A DNA stretch of 64,000 nucleotides from Magnetospirillum sp. (lineage in GTDB: Bacteria > Pseudomonadota > Alphaproteobacteria > Rhodospirillales > Magnetospirillaceae), in contig JANQAI010000013.1 in assembly GCA_024707145.1 (NCBI GenBank), positions 176,588 to 240,587 on the forward strand, given 5' to 3'. Shown here piece after piece: positions 1 to 9,962 of the stretch. Both the position numbers and the translations under genes were made by a program. The notes below the pieces were generated by a model. That model was not told the origin of the DNA and searched no databases. It was given only the letters and a program-made list of their open reading frames with translations. How positions within the stretch are numbered: the first letter of the stretch is position 1; each line of letters begins with the position of its first letter.

Positions 1-374
1 TCCACGTGCCGCTGACCGGCTCGCTGCTGCTGCTCTACGGCTCGCTGGCGGTGTTCCTGCTGTGCACCATCGGGGTGGGGCTGTTCATCTCGGCGCTGTC
101 CTCGACCCAGCAGCAGGCCATCATGGGCGCCTTCTTCTTCCTGGTCCCCACCATGATCCTGTCGGGCTTTGCCACGCCGGTGCAGAACATGCCCGACTGG
201 CTGCAGACGGTGACGCTGGTCAACCCGGTGCGCCATTTCCTGGTGGTGCTGTGGGGGGTGTTCCTCAAGGACCTGCCCGCCGCCTTGGTGTGGCAATCGG
301 TCTGGCCCATGGCGGCGGTGGCGGCGGTGACGCTGACCGGCGCGGCCTGGCTGTTCCGGCGGCGGATGTACTAG
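1..374 (+). CDS. ABC-2 type transporter permease, C-terminal part (5' end outside window)
   Basis: Hydrophobic helices with GLFISALSSTQQQA, LSGFATPVQNMPDWLQTVTLVNPVRHF, typical of YbhR/YbhS-like permeases; stop at 374. Confidence 0.85.
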   Translation, partial: HVPLTGSLLLLYGSLAVFLLCTIGVGLFISALSSTQQQAIMGAFFFLVPTMILSGFATPVQNMPDWLQTVTLVNPVRHFLVVLWGVFLKDLPAALVWQSVWPMAAVAAVTLTGAAWLFRRRMY

Positions 375-1013
375 CGGCCGGTGAGGTGGTGGGGCGCCTC
401 CACCGGCTTGGATTCTGGGCGAATCGCGCTCGCGCAGCCAGATGCCCAGCACCACCAGCACCGCCACCGACAGGAACTCGCTCTGCCAGTTCTGGAAGCT
501 CTCGAACCAGAACTCGGCGCTGCCCAGGTGCTCGGCGATGGTGGTAGGCGGACGGCCGTGGCGCAGGGCCTCCTCGTTGGCCTGGCGGGTGCTGCCGTCC
601 AGATGCAGCCAGAACGACAGGGCGAACAGCAGCGCCAGCACCAGGCTGAGGGAATGGGCATAGAGCTTCTTCACCCAGCCGCCGCGCCGCGCCGGCCAGG
701 GCGAGTCGGCGGTCAGCGGGGAGGTTTCCCCGCCCTGGGGTTCCTTGGATTCGGGCGAGCCTTTCTGCACCAGCAGTCCGGTCAGCACCACGTAGATGGC
801 CATCTGCAGGAATTCGCTTTCCCAGTTCTCGAACAGCGAGGACTGGAAATGGCCGCTCAGCACATAGGCGCCCAGGCTCAGAGCGGGCTCGGCGTGCTGT
901 GCCAATTCCTCGTTCAGGCTGCGCCAGCCGGTCAGCGCCTGGCCGATGAAGGAGGCCAGGAACAGGGCGCCCAGGCACAGCGACAGCCCGTTGTCGTGCA
1001 CGAAGCGTCGCAT
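371..1013 (-). CDS. DUF6766-like membrane protein with internal duplication; apparent +1 frameshift near 415
   Basis: Manual translation from ATG 1013: MRRFVHDNGLSLCLGALF...FENWESEFLQ...KGSPESK...FQNWQSEFLS...RERDSP. Removing one base restores ESKPVEAPHHLTGR-stop at 371. Absent from the ORF track because the shifted frame runs off the window. Confidence 0.7.
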
Positions 1014-1019
1014 CTCCGC

Positions 1020-2798
1020 CTATCCCCGTGGCTGGAGCCTCCGCAGCACGGCCTCGGCGATGCGGGGGGCCGTCAGCCTGCATTCCTCGGCCTGCTCGGC
1101 CGGGGTGGCGTGGTCGATGAAGGCGTCGGGCAGGGTCAGCGGCAGTACCGGACAGCGGCTGCCGCTGCGGGCCAGATGGGTCAGCACCTGGGCGGAAAAG
1201 CCGCCCGTGCTGCCGTGTTCCACCGTCACCAGCAGGGAGTGGCCGCGCGTCAGCCGGGACACCAGGTCGGTGTCCAGCGGTTTGGCGAAACGGGCGTCGG
1301 CCACCGTGGCGGCGATGCCCCGGGCGTCCAGCAGGCCCGCCGCTGCCAGACAGTCGCCCAGGCCGGCGCCGAACGACAGCAGCGCCACGTCGCCGCCCTC
1401 GCGCACCACCCTCCCGCGGCCGATCTCCAGCGCGCGGCCGCGCATCGGCAGGTGCGGGCCGCAGGCGCCGCCGCGCGGATAGCGGAAGGCGCTGGGCCGG
1501 TCGTCGATGGCGGCGGCGGTGGCGACCATGTGCATCAGTTCGGTTTCGTCGGCGGCGGCCATCACCACGAAATGGGGCAGGCAGCCCAGATAGGCCACGT
1601 CGAAGGCGCCGGCATGGGTGGCGCCGTCGGGCCCCACCAGGCCGGCACGGTCGATGGCGAAGCGCACCGGCAGCTTCTGGATGGCGACGTCGTGCACCAC
1701 CTGGTCGTAGGCCCGCTGCAGGAAGGTGGAATACAGCGCGGCGAAAGGCTTCAGGCCCTCGGCCGCCAGCCCGGCGGCGAAGGTGACGCAATGCTGCTCG
1801 GCGATGCCCACGTCGAAGGCGCGGGCGGGGAAGCGGCGGGCGAACTCGGCCACGCCGGTGCCGTCGGGCATGGCGGCGGTCAGCGCGACGATGCGCGGGT
1901 CGGCCTCGGCCTCCGCGATCAGGGCGCGGGCGAAGGCGGCGGTGTAGCCGGGGCGGCTGGCTTCCAGCGGGCGGCCGTTGGCGATGTCGAAACGGCCGAC
2001 GCCGTGGCCGCGATCGCGGGATTCCGCGGCGGGGGCGTAGCCATAGCCCTTTTCGGTGACCACGTGCAGCAGGACCGGCTCGTCGGTGTCGCGCACCGCC
2101 CGCAAGGCGGGCACCAGCGTCTCCAAATCGTGGCCGTCCACCGGCCCCACATAGCGGAAGCCCAGGGCGGTGAACAGGTTGGCGCGCCGCCCGGTGCCCC
2201 GGCGCAAGGTGGCCAGATGGTCGCGCAGGGCGCCCACCGGCGGGGCGATGGACATGTCGTTGTCGTTCAGCACCACCACCAGCCCGGTGGCGCTGGCCCC
2301 CGCATTGTTCAGCGCCTCGTAGGCCATGCCGGCGCTCAGTGCCCCGTCGCCGATCACCGCCACCACCCGGTGGCGGGCGTTGGTGGCGTCGCGCGCCAGC
2401 GCCAAACCCAGGGCCGCCGAGATGGAGGTGGAGGAATGGGCGGCGCCGAACGGGTCGTAAGGCGACTCGGAACGCTTGGTGAAGCCGGACAGGCCGCCCT
2501 TCTGGCGCAGGCTGCGCAGCCGGTGGCGCCGTCCGGTCAGGATCTTGTGGGGGTAGCTCTGATGGCCGACATCCCACACCAGCCGGTCTTCCGGGGTATG
2601 GAAGACATAGTGCAGCGCGATGGTCAGCTCCACCACGCCCAGGCCGGCACCCAGATGGCCGCCGGTGGTAGACACCGCCGTCACCAGTTCGTCGCGCAGT
2701 TCATCGGCCAGACGGGGCAGCAGGTCTGCCGGCAAGCGGCGAAGATCGCCGGGGTTTTGCACGGAATCCAGCAGGGAGGAGCGCCGGTGGTGGATCAA
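1020..2798 (-). CDS. dxs: 1-deoxy-D-xylulose-5-phosphate synthase
   Basis: [68 protein letters not shown]; TTG start at 2798 preceded by GGAGGAG. Confidence 0.95.
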   Translation of the reverse strand: MIHHRRSSLLDSVQNPGDLRRLPADLLPRLADELRDELVTAVSTTGGHLGAGLGVVELTIALHYVFHTPEDRLVWDVGHQSYPHKILTGRRHRLRSLRQKGGLSGFTKRSESPYDPFGAAHSSTSISAALGLALARDATNARHRVVAVIGDGALSAGMAYEALNNAGASATGLVVVLNDNDMSIAPPVGALRDHLATLRRGTGRRANLFTALGFRYVGPVDGHDLETLVPALRAVRDTDEPVLLHVVTEKGYGYAPAAESRDRGHGVGRFDIANGRPLEASRPGYTAAFARALIAEAEADPRIVALTAAMPDGTGVAEFARRFPARAFDVGIAEQHCVTFAAGLAAEGLKPFAALYSTFLQRAYDQVVHDVAIQKLPVRFAIDRAGLVGPDGATHAGAFDVAYLGCLPHFVVMAAADETELMHMVATAAAIDDRPSAFRYPRGGACGPHLPMRGRALEIGRGRVVREGGDVALLSFGAGLGDCLAAAGLLDARGIAATVADARFAKPLDTDLVSRLTRGHSLLVTVEHGSTGGFSAQVLTHLARSGSRCPVLPLTLPDAFIDHATPAEQAEECRLTAPRIAEAVLRRLQPRG

Positions 2799-2988
2799 CT
2801 GGGGACTCCTCCGCTCGAACTCTTGGGCGAATTGACAGGTATGGGTGGCGAGCAGCCCCGCCAAGGTTCCCTTTCGCGGGAATAGGGGCTAGCCGGATGG
2901 GCTGCCTCCTCCATCTCCCGGCGGAATTGATCGGGCTGTCCTCGCGCCCAACCTGCTGTCTGTGGTCAGCCGAAGTGGGTGCGCGAGG

Positions 2989-3915
2989 ATGCAAATATAC
3001 CTAGCCCGTCCCAGAGGGTTCTGTGCCGGCGTGGAACGGGCCATCGAAATCGTCGAGCGCGCCCTGGCCCGCTTCGGCCCACCCATCTATGTGCGCCACG
3101 AGATCGTCCACAATGTGCACGTCGTCCGCTCGCTGCGGGAAAAGGGGGTGGTGTTCGTGGACGAGCTGGATCAGGTGCCGGCCGACGCCCCCATCACCAT
3201 CTTCAGCGCTCACGGGGTGTCGCGGGCGGTGGAGGACGAGGCGCGGGAGCGCGGCCTCGCGGTGATCGACGCCACCTGTCCGCTGGTGTCCAAGGTACAT
3301 CTGGAGGGCCGCCGCTACGCCAAGGCCGGGTGCGAGGTGGTGCTGATCGGCCATGCCGGCCATGCCGAGGTGCAGGGCACGGTGGGCCAGATCCCCGGCC
3401 GGGTGCACGTGGTCGCCAGCGTGGACGACGTGGCGCGGCTGGAAGTGTCCGATCCGGCTAAGCTGGCCTATATCACCCAGACCACCCTGAGCCTGGACGA
3501 TACCCGCGCCGTGGTCGACGCCCTGACCGCGCGCTTCCCCGCCATCACCGGCCCCGACACCAACGACATTTGCTACGCCACCCAGAACCGCCAGCGGGCG
3601 GTGCGCCAGATGGCCGGCATGGTCGACGCCATCCTGGTGATCGGCGCCAGGAACAGTTCCAACAGCAACCGTCTGCGCGAGATCGCCGCCGATTGCGGCA
3701 CGCCCGCTTATCTGATCGACGACGCCCAGGGACTCGACCCGGCCTGGCTCGACGGCCTGCGGACGCTGGGCGTGACCGCCGGAGCCTCGGCCCCCGAACA
3801 TCTGGTGGAGGATCTGATCGCGGCCCTCGACCGGCTGACCGGCGGGGTCCAGGTGCACGAAGTGGCTGGGGTCGAGGAAAACGTGGCCTTCCGCCTGCCG
3901 CGCGAACTGGCGTGA
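2989..3915 (+). CDS. ispH: 4-hydroxy-3-methylbut-2-enyl diphosphate reductase
   Basis: [52 protein letters not shown]. Confidence 0.96.
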   Translation: MQIYLARPRGFCAGVERAIEIVERALARFGPPIYVRHEIVHNVHVVRSLREKGVVFVDELDQVPADAPITIFSAHGVSRAVEDEARERGLAVIDATCPLVSKVHLEGRRYAKAGCEVVLIGHAGHAEVQGTVGQIPGRVHVVASVDDVARLEVSDPAKLAYITQTTLSLDDTRAVVDALTARFPAITGPDTNDICYATQNRQRAVRQMAGMVDAILVIGARNSSNSNRLREIAADCGTPAYLIDDAQGLDPAWLDGLRTLGVTAGASAPEHLVEDLIAALDRLTGGVQVHEVAGVEENVAFRLPRELA

Positions 3916-3923
3916 GGGGCGGC

Positions 3924-5027
3924 ATGGGCATCCCCCTGGGGCAGCAATTGCGCATCGGCGCCTATGTACTGGGCCGCCGCCTGCGCGGCATCGACCGTTA
4001 TCCCCTGGTGCTGATGCTGGAACCGCTGTTCCGCTGCAACCTGGCCTGCGCCGGCTGCGGCAAGATCGATTACCCGCCCCACATCCTCGACCGGCGCCTC
4101 AGCGTGGCGCAATGCCTGGAGGCGGCGGCGGAATGCGGCGCCCCCGTAGTGTCCATCGCTGGCGGCGAGCCGCTGCTGCATCCCGAGATCGACGCCGTCG
4201 TCGCCGGCCTGCTGGCCCAGGGCCGGTACGTCTATCTGTGCACCAATGCCCTGCTGATGCCCAAGCGGCTGGAGCGCTTCGCGCCGCATCCGCGCTTTTC
4301 GTGGTCGGTCCATCTGGATGGCGACCGCGAGGAGCACGACCGCGCCGTCTGCCAGCCGGGCACCTACGACCGTGCGGTCGCCGCCATCGGCCGCGCTCAG
4401 AGCCTTGGGTTCCGCGTCAACGTCAACTGCACCCTGTTCGATGGTGCCGACCCGGCCGGGGTGGCTCGCTTCCTCGACGGCGTGGCGGCGCTGGGGGTGG
4501 ACGGGGTGACCCTGTCGCCCGGCTATGCCTACGAGCGCGCGCCCGAGCGTGAGCATTTCCTCAACCGCCGCCGCGCCAAGGAACTGTTCCGCGCCGTCTT
4601 CCGCCACGGCCGCGGCAGGAACTGGCCCATCTCGCAATCGCCCCTGTTCCTGGATTTCCTGGCCGGCAACCAATCCTATCGATGCGCCCCCTGGGGCAAC
4701 CCCACCCGCAACGTGTTCGGCTGGCAGCGCCCCTGCTATCTGCTGGGCGAAGGCTATGCCGACAGCTTCCGCGAATTGATGGAGGAGACCGACTGGTCGC
4801 GCTGGGGCACCGGCAATTATGAGAAATGCGCCGACTGCATGGTCCACAGCGGCTACGAGGCGGCGGCGGTGGCCGATGCGCTGCGCCACCCGCTCAAGGC
4901 GTTGCGGGCGGCGCGCAAGGGGCCCCGCACCGAAGGCGACATGGCGCCGGAAATCCCGCTGGATCGCCAGCGGCCGGCGGAATTCGTGTTCAGCCGGAAT
5001 GTGGAGAAGGTGTCAGCACGGGAGTGA
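3924..5027 (+). CDS. hpnH: Adenosyl-hopene transferase, radical SAM
   Basis: YPLVLMLEPLFRCNLACAGCGKIDYP (CxxxCxxC), GWQRPCYLL, KCADCMVHSGYE; next to shc. Confidence 0.93.
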   Translation: MGIPLGQQLRIGAYVLGRRLRGIDRYPLVLMLEPLFRCNLACAGCGKIDYPPHILDRRLSVAQCLEAAAECGAPVVSIAGGEPLLHPEIDAVVAGLLAQGRYVYLCTNALLMPKRLERFAPHPRFSWSVHLDGDREEHDRAVCQPGTYDRAVAAIGRAQSLGFRVNVNCTLFDGADPAGVARFLDGVAALGVDGVTLSPGYAYERAPEREHFLNRRRAKELFRAVFRHGRGRNWPISQSPLFLDFLAGNQSYRCAPWGNPTRNVFGWQRPCYLLGEGYADSFRELMEETDWSRWGTGNYEKCADCMVHSGYEAAAVADALRHPLKALRAARKGPRTEGDMAPEIPLDRQRPAEFVFSRNVEKVSARE

Positions 5028-5648
5028 GGCCGCGCAGGGTCGCCATGGCCGCCCGCATATCGGCGGCCAGCAGGGCCATGGACAGGGGTGAAGGGCCAGC
5101 GCCAGCGCGGCGGCGCGCAGGCGGATGCGACCTTGGCCGTCGATGATGCGCAGCACTGCGGGCGGCAGGTCGCGCCAGGCCGGATCGGCGATGGCGCGCA
5201 GGGCCAGGAAGGGCAACCCGGCTTCCCGCGCCACCCGGGCCACCGCCCCGCTTTCCATGTCCACCGCCACCGCTCCGGTGACCGCGCCGGCCGCCAGCTT
5301 GGCGTCCGAGCGGGCCAGCGGCTCGCCGGCTCCCAACAGGGGGGCCTGGATCATGGCCGGGCGGGCGATGCCCTGCCGCCAGGCCTCGTCGGTGGGCAGG
5401 CGGTCGCCGCCGGAAATCACCTCGGTGGCGAGGATCACGGTTCCCGGCGTCAGCGTGGGGTCGAGGCCGCCGGCCAGGCCGAAGCTGAGCAGGCGAGTGG
5501 CGCCGGCCGCCACCATGGCGCGGGCGGCCACCTCGGGCTCGGAACCGGCGCAGGCCAGCAGCGGCGAGCGGCGCAGCAGCCGCGCCTCGGCGCGCAGGCC
5601 GGTGACGATGCCGGTCAGCGTCCCCCGTTCCGGGGCGGGGCCATTCAC
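4990..5648 (-). CDS. hpnG: Hopanoid-associated nucleoside phosphorylase; apparent frameshift near 5085-5088 in the C-terminus
   Basis: GIVTGLRAEA, SFGLAGGLDPTL, VDMESGAVA, LRAIAD; GTG start overlaps shc stop. As read it ends at 5013; adding one base to the G4 run gives LHPLSMALLAADMRAAM ending at 4990. Confidence 0.85.
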
Positions 5649-7546
5649 ACCCCCCATGGCGTGGTAGCGCGGTTGCCGTGGCTCAGCGCCCGGTGGCGGG
5701 CCAGCGCCCAGACGGGGAAGATCAGCGGATAGCCATGGTAGCGCAGGTAGAACACGCGGGGAAAGCCGACGGCGGTGAAATGGCTTTCGGCCCAGGTGCC
5801 GTCCTCGGCCTGGGTTTCCGCCAGGTAGCGGATTCCCCGCGCCACCGAGGGATGGTGGACCTCGCCCGCCGCCATCAGCGCCAGCAGGGCCCAGGCGGTC
5901 TGGCTGGGGGTGCTGGCCTCCAACGGTTTGTCGCGCCGTTCGGGCCAGTAGCTTTCGCCGCTCTCGCCCCAGCCGCCGTCGCCACGCTGGCGGGCCAGCA
6001 GCCAGTCCACCGCCCGGCGCACCGAGGAGTGGTTGGCGGTGATGCCGGCGGCGTTCAGCGCCGACAGCACCGACCAGGTGCCGTAGACGTAGTTGGTGCC
6101 CCAGCGGCCGAACCATGAGCCGTCCTGCTCCTGCTCGCGCAGCAGGAAGGTCACGGCCGCCCCCACGGCGGGGTCGCGCCGGGTGGCGCCCAGCTGGGTC
6201 AGCAGCCCCAGGCAGCGGGCGGTGACGTCGGCGGTGGGCGGGTCGAGCAGGGCGCCATGATCGGCGAAGGGGATGGCGTTGAGGTGCTCGTGGGTGTTGT
6301 CGGCGTCGAAGGCGCCCCAGCCGCCATTGACGCTTTGCAGGCCGCGCACCCAGGCCTCGGCGCGGGCGATTTCCAGCCCGTAGCGGTGGGGATCTGCGCG
6401 ATGCAGCGCCATGGCTACCAGGGCGGTGTCGTCCAGATCGGGATAGTGGGGGTTGGCGTATTGGAACGCCCAGCCCCCCGGCACCACGTCGGGCCGCTGC
6501 GCCATCCAGTCGCCGGGAGCGGTGATCTGGCGGGCGGCCAGCCAGTCCAGCGCGGCCAGCGGCCGTTGCCCCGCCTCCAACAGGGCATGGGCGGCCAGGC
6601 CGGTGTCCCAGATGGGCGACAGGCAGGGCTGGCAATAGGTGCGCTCGCCATCCACCACCAGCCGGCGCAGGGCGGCCAGGCCGGAGGTCAGCTCGTGCGG
6701 CATGCCCAGGCAGTCGAACATCATCACCGCGTTGACCATGGCGGGGAAGATGGCGCCCAGGCCGTCCTCGCCGTTCAGGCGCTCCCGCACCCACAGCACC
6801 GCGTCGGCGATGGCATGCTGGCGCCTGTCCCGGGACAGGTGCGGCTCGATCCAGCGCACCACGGAATCCAGGGCGCGGAACGCCTCGGCCGCCGGGCCGG
6901 GCTGGGGGCGGTGCAGCCATTGGCGGACCTGGCCGGGCGGTTCGATGAACAGCTCGGCGACGGAGACGCCCAAGGGGTTGCGGGCGGCGGGGCGCCTGGC
7001 CATCACCACCAGCAGCGGCACGATCACGGTGCGCGACCAGTACGACACCTTGTCCAGATGGAAGGGCGACCAGCGCGGCAGGGTCATGATCTCCACCGGC
7101 ATGGCGGGGACCGCCTGCCAGGGCACTTGGCGGAACAGGGCCAGCAGGATGCGGGTGAACACGTTGGCCCGGGCGGCGCCGCCATGGGCCAGGATAGCGG
7201 CGCGGGCTTCGGCCATGTGGGGGGCGTCGGGGGAATCACCGGCGGCCTTGAGGGCGAAATAGCCCTTCACCGAGGCGCTGATGTCGAAGGGACCGTGGGC
7301 GAACAGCGGCCAGCCGCCCCCCGCGGTGCGGGCGGCCCGGACATACTCCGCCATGCGGGCCTGCAAGCCGTGATCGATGCGGTCCAGGTAATGGCCGAGC
7401 AGGATGTATTCCGCCGGGATGGTGACGTCGGCCTCCAGTTCGAAGCACCAGTGGCCGTCGTCCTTCTGGCGCTCCGCCAGTGCCGCCAGCCCGGCGGCCA
7501 GGGCCTGCTCGGCGGCGGGGAGCGGTTCGGTGGGCAGCGCTCTCAT
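5645..7546 (-). CDS. shc: Squalene-hopene cyclase
   Basis: Catalytic DXDD in YPDLDDTA, QW repeats (QKDDGHW, QSVNGGW, QEQDGSW, QRGDGGW, QAEDGTW), GFPRVFYLRYHGY. Confidence 0.97.
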   Translation of the reverse strand: MRALPTEPLPAAEQALAAGLAALAERQKDDGHWCFELEADVTIPAEYILLGHYLDRIDHGLQARMAEYVRAARTAGGGWPLFAHGPFDISASVKGYFALKAAGDSPDAPHMAEARAAILAHGGAARANVFTRILLALFRQVPWQAVPAMPVEIMTLPRWSPFHLDKVSYWSRTVIVPLLVVMARRPAARNPLGVSVAELFIEPPGQVRQWLHRPQPGPAAEAFRALDSVVRWIEPHLSRDRRQHAIADAVLWVRERLNGEDGLGAIFPAMVNAVMMFDCLGMPHELTSGLAALRRLVVDGERTYCQPCLSPIWDTGLAAHALLEAGQRPLAALDWLAARQITAPGDWMAQRPDVVPGGWAFQYANPHYPDLDDTALVAMALHRADPHRYGLEIARAEAWVRGLQSVNGGWGAFDADNTHEHLNAIPFADHGALLDPPTADVTARCLGLLTQLGATRRDPAVGAAVTFLLREQEQDGSWFGRWGTNYVYGTWSVLSALNAAGITANHSSVRRAVDWLLARQRGDGGWGESGESYWPERRDKPLEASTPSQTAWALLALMAAGEVHHPSVARGIRYLAETQAEDGTWAESHFTAVGFPRVFYLRYHGYPLIFPVWALARHRALSHGNRATTPWGV

Positions 7547-8408
7547 TGGCGGCCCCAGGAATGGCGGACCACCAGCCAGGCCTTACGCAGCATCCCCAGT
7601 TCCATCCGCCGCTCCGGATGGCGCCAGCCGTCCGCCTCCAGCCGGTCCAGCAGGGCCTGGTAGACCGCCGCCATGACCATGGCCGGGCGCACCGCCTCGC
7701 GCGGGCAGCGGCGCGCCACCGCCAGGGCCTCGGCGAAATGGCGCCGCGCCCGCGCCGCCAGGGCCTGGGCGGCGGCGGGCAAGGCGGGGTGGCGCAGCAC
7801 CGCGTCCAGGTCGTCCGCCACGACGATGCCGTGCTCGGCCAGGATTTCGTCGGGCAGGTACAGCCGTCCCAGGCTGGCGTCCTCGGCCAGGTCGCGCAGG
7901 ATGTTGGTCAGTTGCAGGGCGCGGCCCAGCGCCGCCGCCAGCGCCTCGCCCTCGGCCTCGCCCAGGCCGAACACCCGCACCGACAGCCGGCCGACCGCGC
8001 CGGCGACACGGTCGCAATAGAGGTCCAGCTGTACCAGCGAGGGTGCCACGATGGGGTGCTGGGCATCCATGATCATGCCGTCGATCACCGCCAGGAAGTC
8101 CCGCCGCCGCAGCCCGTGCAGTTCGATGGCGCGGCGCAGGGGGGCTCCAGCAGGAAGATAGGGCTGCTGGCCGGGCGGAACAGCCGGTCCACATTGGCCT
8201 TCCAGCGTTCCAGCGCCGCCAGCTTCTCCTCGGCGGGCAGCAGGGAATCGGCCACGTCGTCCACTTCGCGGCAGAAGGCGTAGATGGCGTACATGGACAG
8301 GCGCTTTTGCGCCGGCAGCGCCCGCATGGCCCAGTAGAACGACGACGAGGCGGCCTTGGCCTTGGCCGCCGCCTGGGATTGGGAATCGCCCAGATCGATC
8401 AGGTTCAT
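7543..8408 (-). CDS. hpnD: Presqualene diphosphate synthase; apparent frameshift at G6 run 8139-8144
   Basis: N-part SSSFYWAM...YAFCREVDDVAD (ORF 8085..8408) continues in another frame as YCDRVAGAVG, ALQLTNILRDLAED, GRLYLP; GGAGG RBS; stop overlaps shc ATG. Confidence 0.85.
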
Positions 8409-8531
8409 GTCCTCCCCTCCGCGCGTCCCATGGCAGGTGGGAAGCGGACGGGGGCAGGCTCAATCCTGCCGCACGGCCGAAGGCCCGGCCCTTTGGGGGC
8501 ACTCCGCATGGATGGGTCAGCACGGATGGGG

Positions 8532-9962
8532 CTATGCCGCCTTGCGCCGATGCAGGAAGGACAGGAATTCCACTCCCTCGCGCAGCCGGCGTTTGGCCAT
8601 ATCCCAATCGCTCAGCATCTCGCCGCAGATCTCGGCGACCTTGGCGGGGCGGAAATAGAATTGGCGGTAGAAGTCGGAGACGGCGGCGAAGATCTCCGCC
8701 GCCGGCAGCTCGGGATAGCCCAGCGCCGCCAACTGGCGGCCGTCGCCGCGCACCAGCCCGCCCTCCACCACGTCCGTATCGGCCAGCCAGCCATTGGCCT
8801 CGGCCTGGGCGTACAGTTCGGTGCCCGGATAGGGGGCGGCCAGCGACACCTGGAGGGTGCGGGGGTTGATTTCCTTGGCGAAGGCGATGGTGTCCCGGAT
8901 GGTCTGGCGGCTTTCTCCCGGCAGGCCCAGGATGAAGGTGCCGTGGATCAGCACACCGAGGCGGTGGCAGTCGGCGGTGAAGCGCCGCATGATGTCCACC
9001 CGGGTGCCCTTGCGGATGTTGTTGAGGATGTGCTGGGCGCCCGTTTCATAGCCCACCAGCAGCAGCCTCAGGCCGTTGTCGCGCATGACCTTCAGCGTGT
9101 CGTAGGGGACGTTGGGCTTGGCCGTGCAAGACCAGGTCAGGCCCAGGCGGCCCAACTCGCGGGCGATGGCTTCGATCCGCGGGCGATCGTCGGTGAAGGT
9201 GTCGTCGTCGAAGAAGAACTCCTTCACCTGGGGGAACGTGGTGCGCATCAGCGCCACTTCCTCGACCACTTTCTCCACCGAGCGGGTGCGGTAGACCCGT
9301 CCGCCGATGGTCTGCGGCCACAGGCAGAAACTGCATTTGGAGCGGCAGCCCCGCCCGGTATAAAGCGACATGTAGGGGTGCTTGAGGTAGCCGATGAAAT
9401 AATCCTCGATCACCAGGTCGCGGTGATAGACCGGTGCCACGAAGGGCAGGCTGTCCATGTCGTGGATCAGGGCGCGGTCGGGGTTGTGGACGATCTCGTC
9501 GCCTCGGCGCCAGCTGATGCCGTCCACCTCGGCCAGGGGGCGGCCGGCGGCGATCTCCTGGATGGTGAAATCAAATTCGTGGCGGGCGGCGAACTCCGCC
9601 GCCCGGGTGGCGGCCAGGGTGCGTGCCGGCTCCACCGCCGACAGGGCGCCGACGAAGCCGACGCGCAAGGCTGGGTTGACCCGTTTCAGCGCCTCGGCCA
9701 TGGCCACGTCGGAATGGAAGGTGGGGGCGCTGGCGTAGATCACCGCCAGTTCGAAATCCTTGCCCAGCGGCGCGATGTCCTCCAGCGACAATCCGCGCGC
9801 CGGGGCGTCGATCAGCCGCGAGTCCGGCACCAGCGCCGCCACCTGGGCCAGCCATGTGGGGTACCAGAACGAGCGGATCTCGCGCCGCGCCTGGAAGCGC
9901 GAGCCGGCGCCGCCGTCGAAGCCCTCGAAGGAAGGCGGGTTGAGGAACAGCGTCTTCATCAT
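8532..9962 (-). CDS. hpnJ: Hopanoid biosynthesis radical SAM protein
   Basis: MKTLFLNPPSFEGFDGGAGSRFQARREIRSFWYPTWLAQ, GRGCRSKCSFCLWPQT, EFFFDDDTF. Confidence 0.94.
   Translation of the reverse strand: MMKTLFLNPPSFEGFDGGAGSRFQARREIRSFWYPTWLAQVAALVPDSRLIDAPARGLSLEDIAPLGKDFELAVIYASAPTFHSDVAMAEALKRVNPALRVGFVGALSAVEPARTLAATRAAEFAARHEFDFTIQEIAAGRPLAEVDGISWRRGDEIVHNPDRALIHDMDSLPFVAPVYHRDLVIEDYFIGYLKHPYMSLYTGRGCRSKCSFCLWPQTIGGRVYRTRSVEKVVEEVALMRTTFPQVKEFFFDDDTFTDDRPRIEAIARELGRLGLTWSCTAKPNVPYDTLKVMRDNGLRLLLVGYETGAQHILNNIRKGTRVDIMRRFTADCHRLGVLIHGTFILGLPGESRQTIRDTIAFAKEINPRTLQVSLAAPYPGTELYAQAEANGWLADTDVVEGGLVRGDGRQLAALGYPELPAAEIFAAVSDFYRQFYFRPAKVAEICGEMLSDWDMAKRRLREGVEFLSFLHRRKAA

Noticed and set aside
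265-2885. Long overlapping ORFs (265..2577 -, 381..2885 +) and similar ones elsewhere (8307..10001, 23535..25340, 36266..39115, 52352..55483)
   Set aside because: Shadow frames of real genes in GC-rich DNA; biased composition and no recognisable motifs
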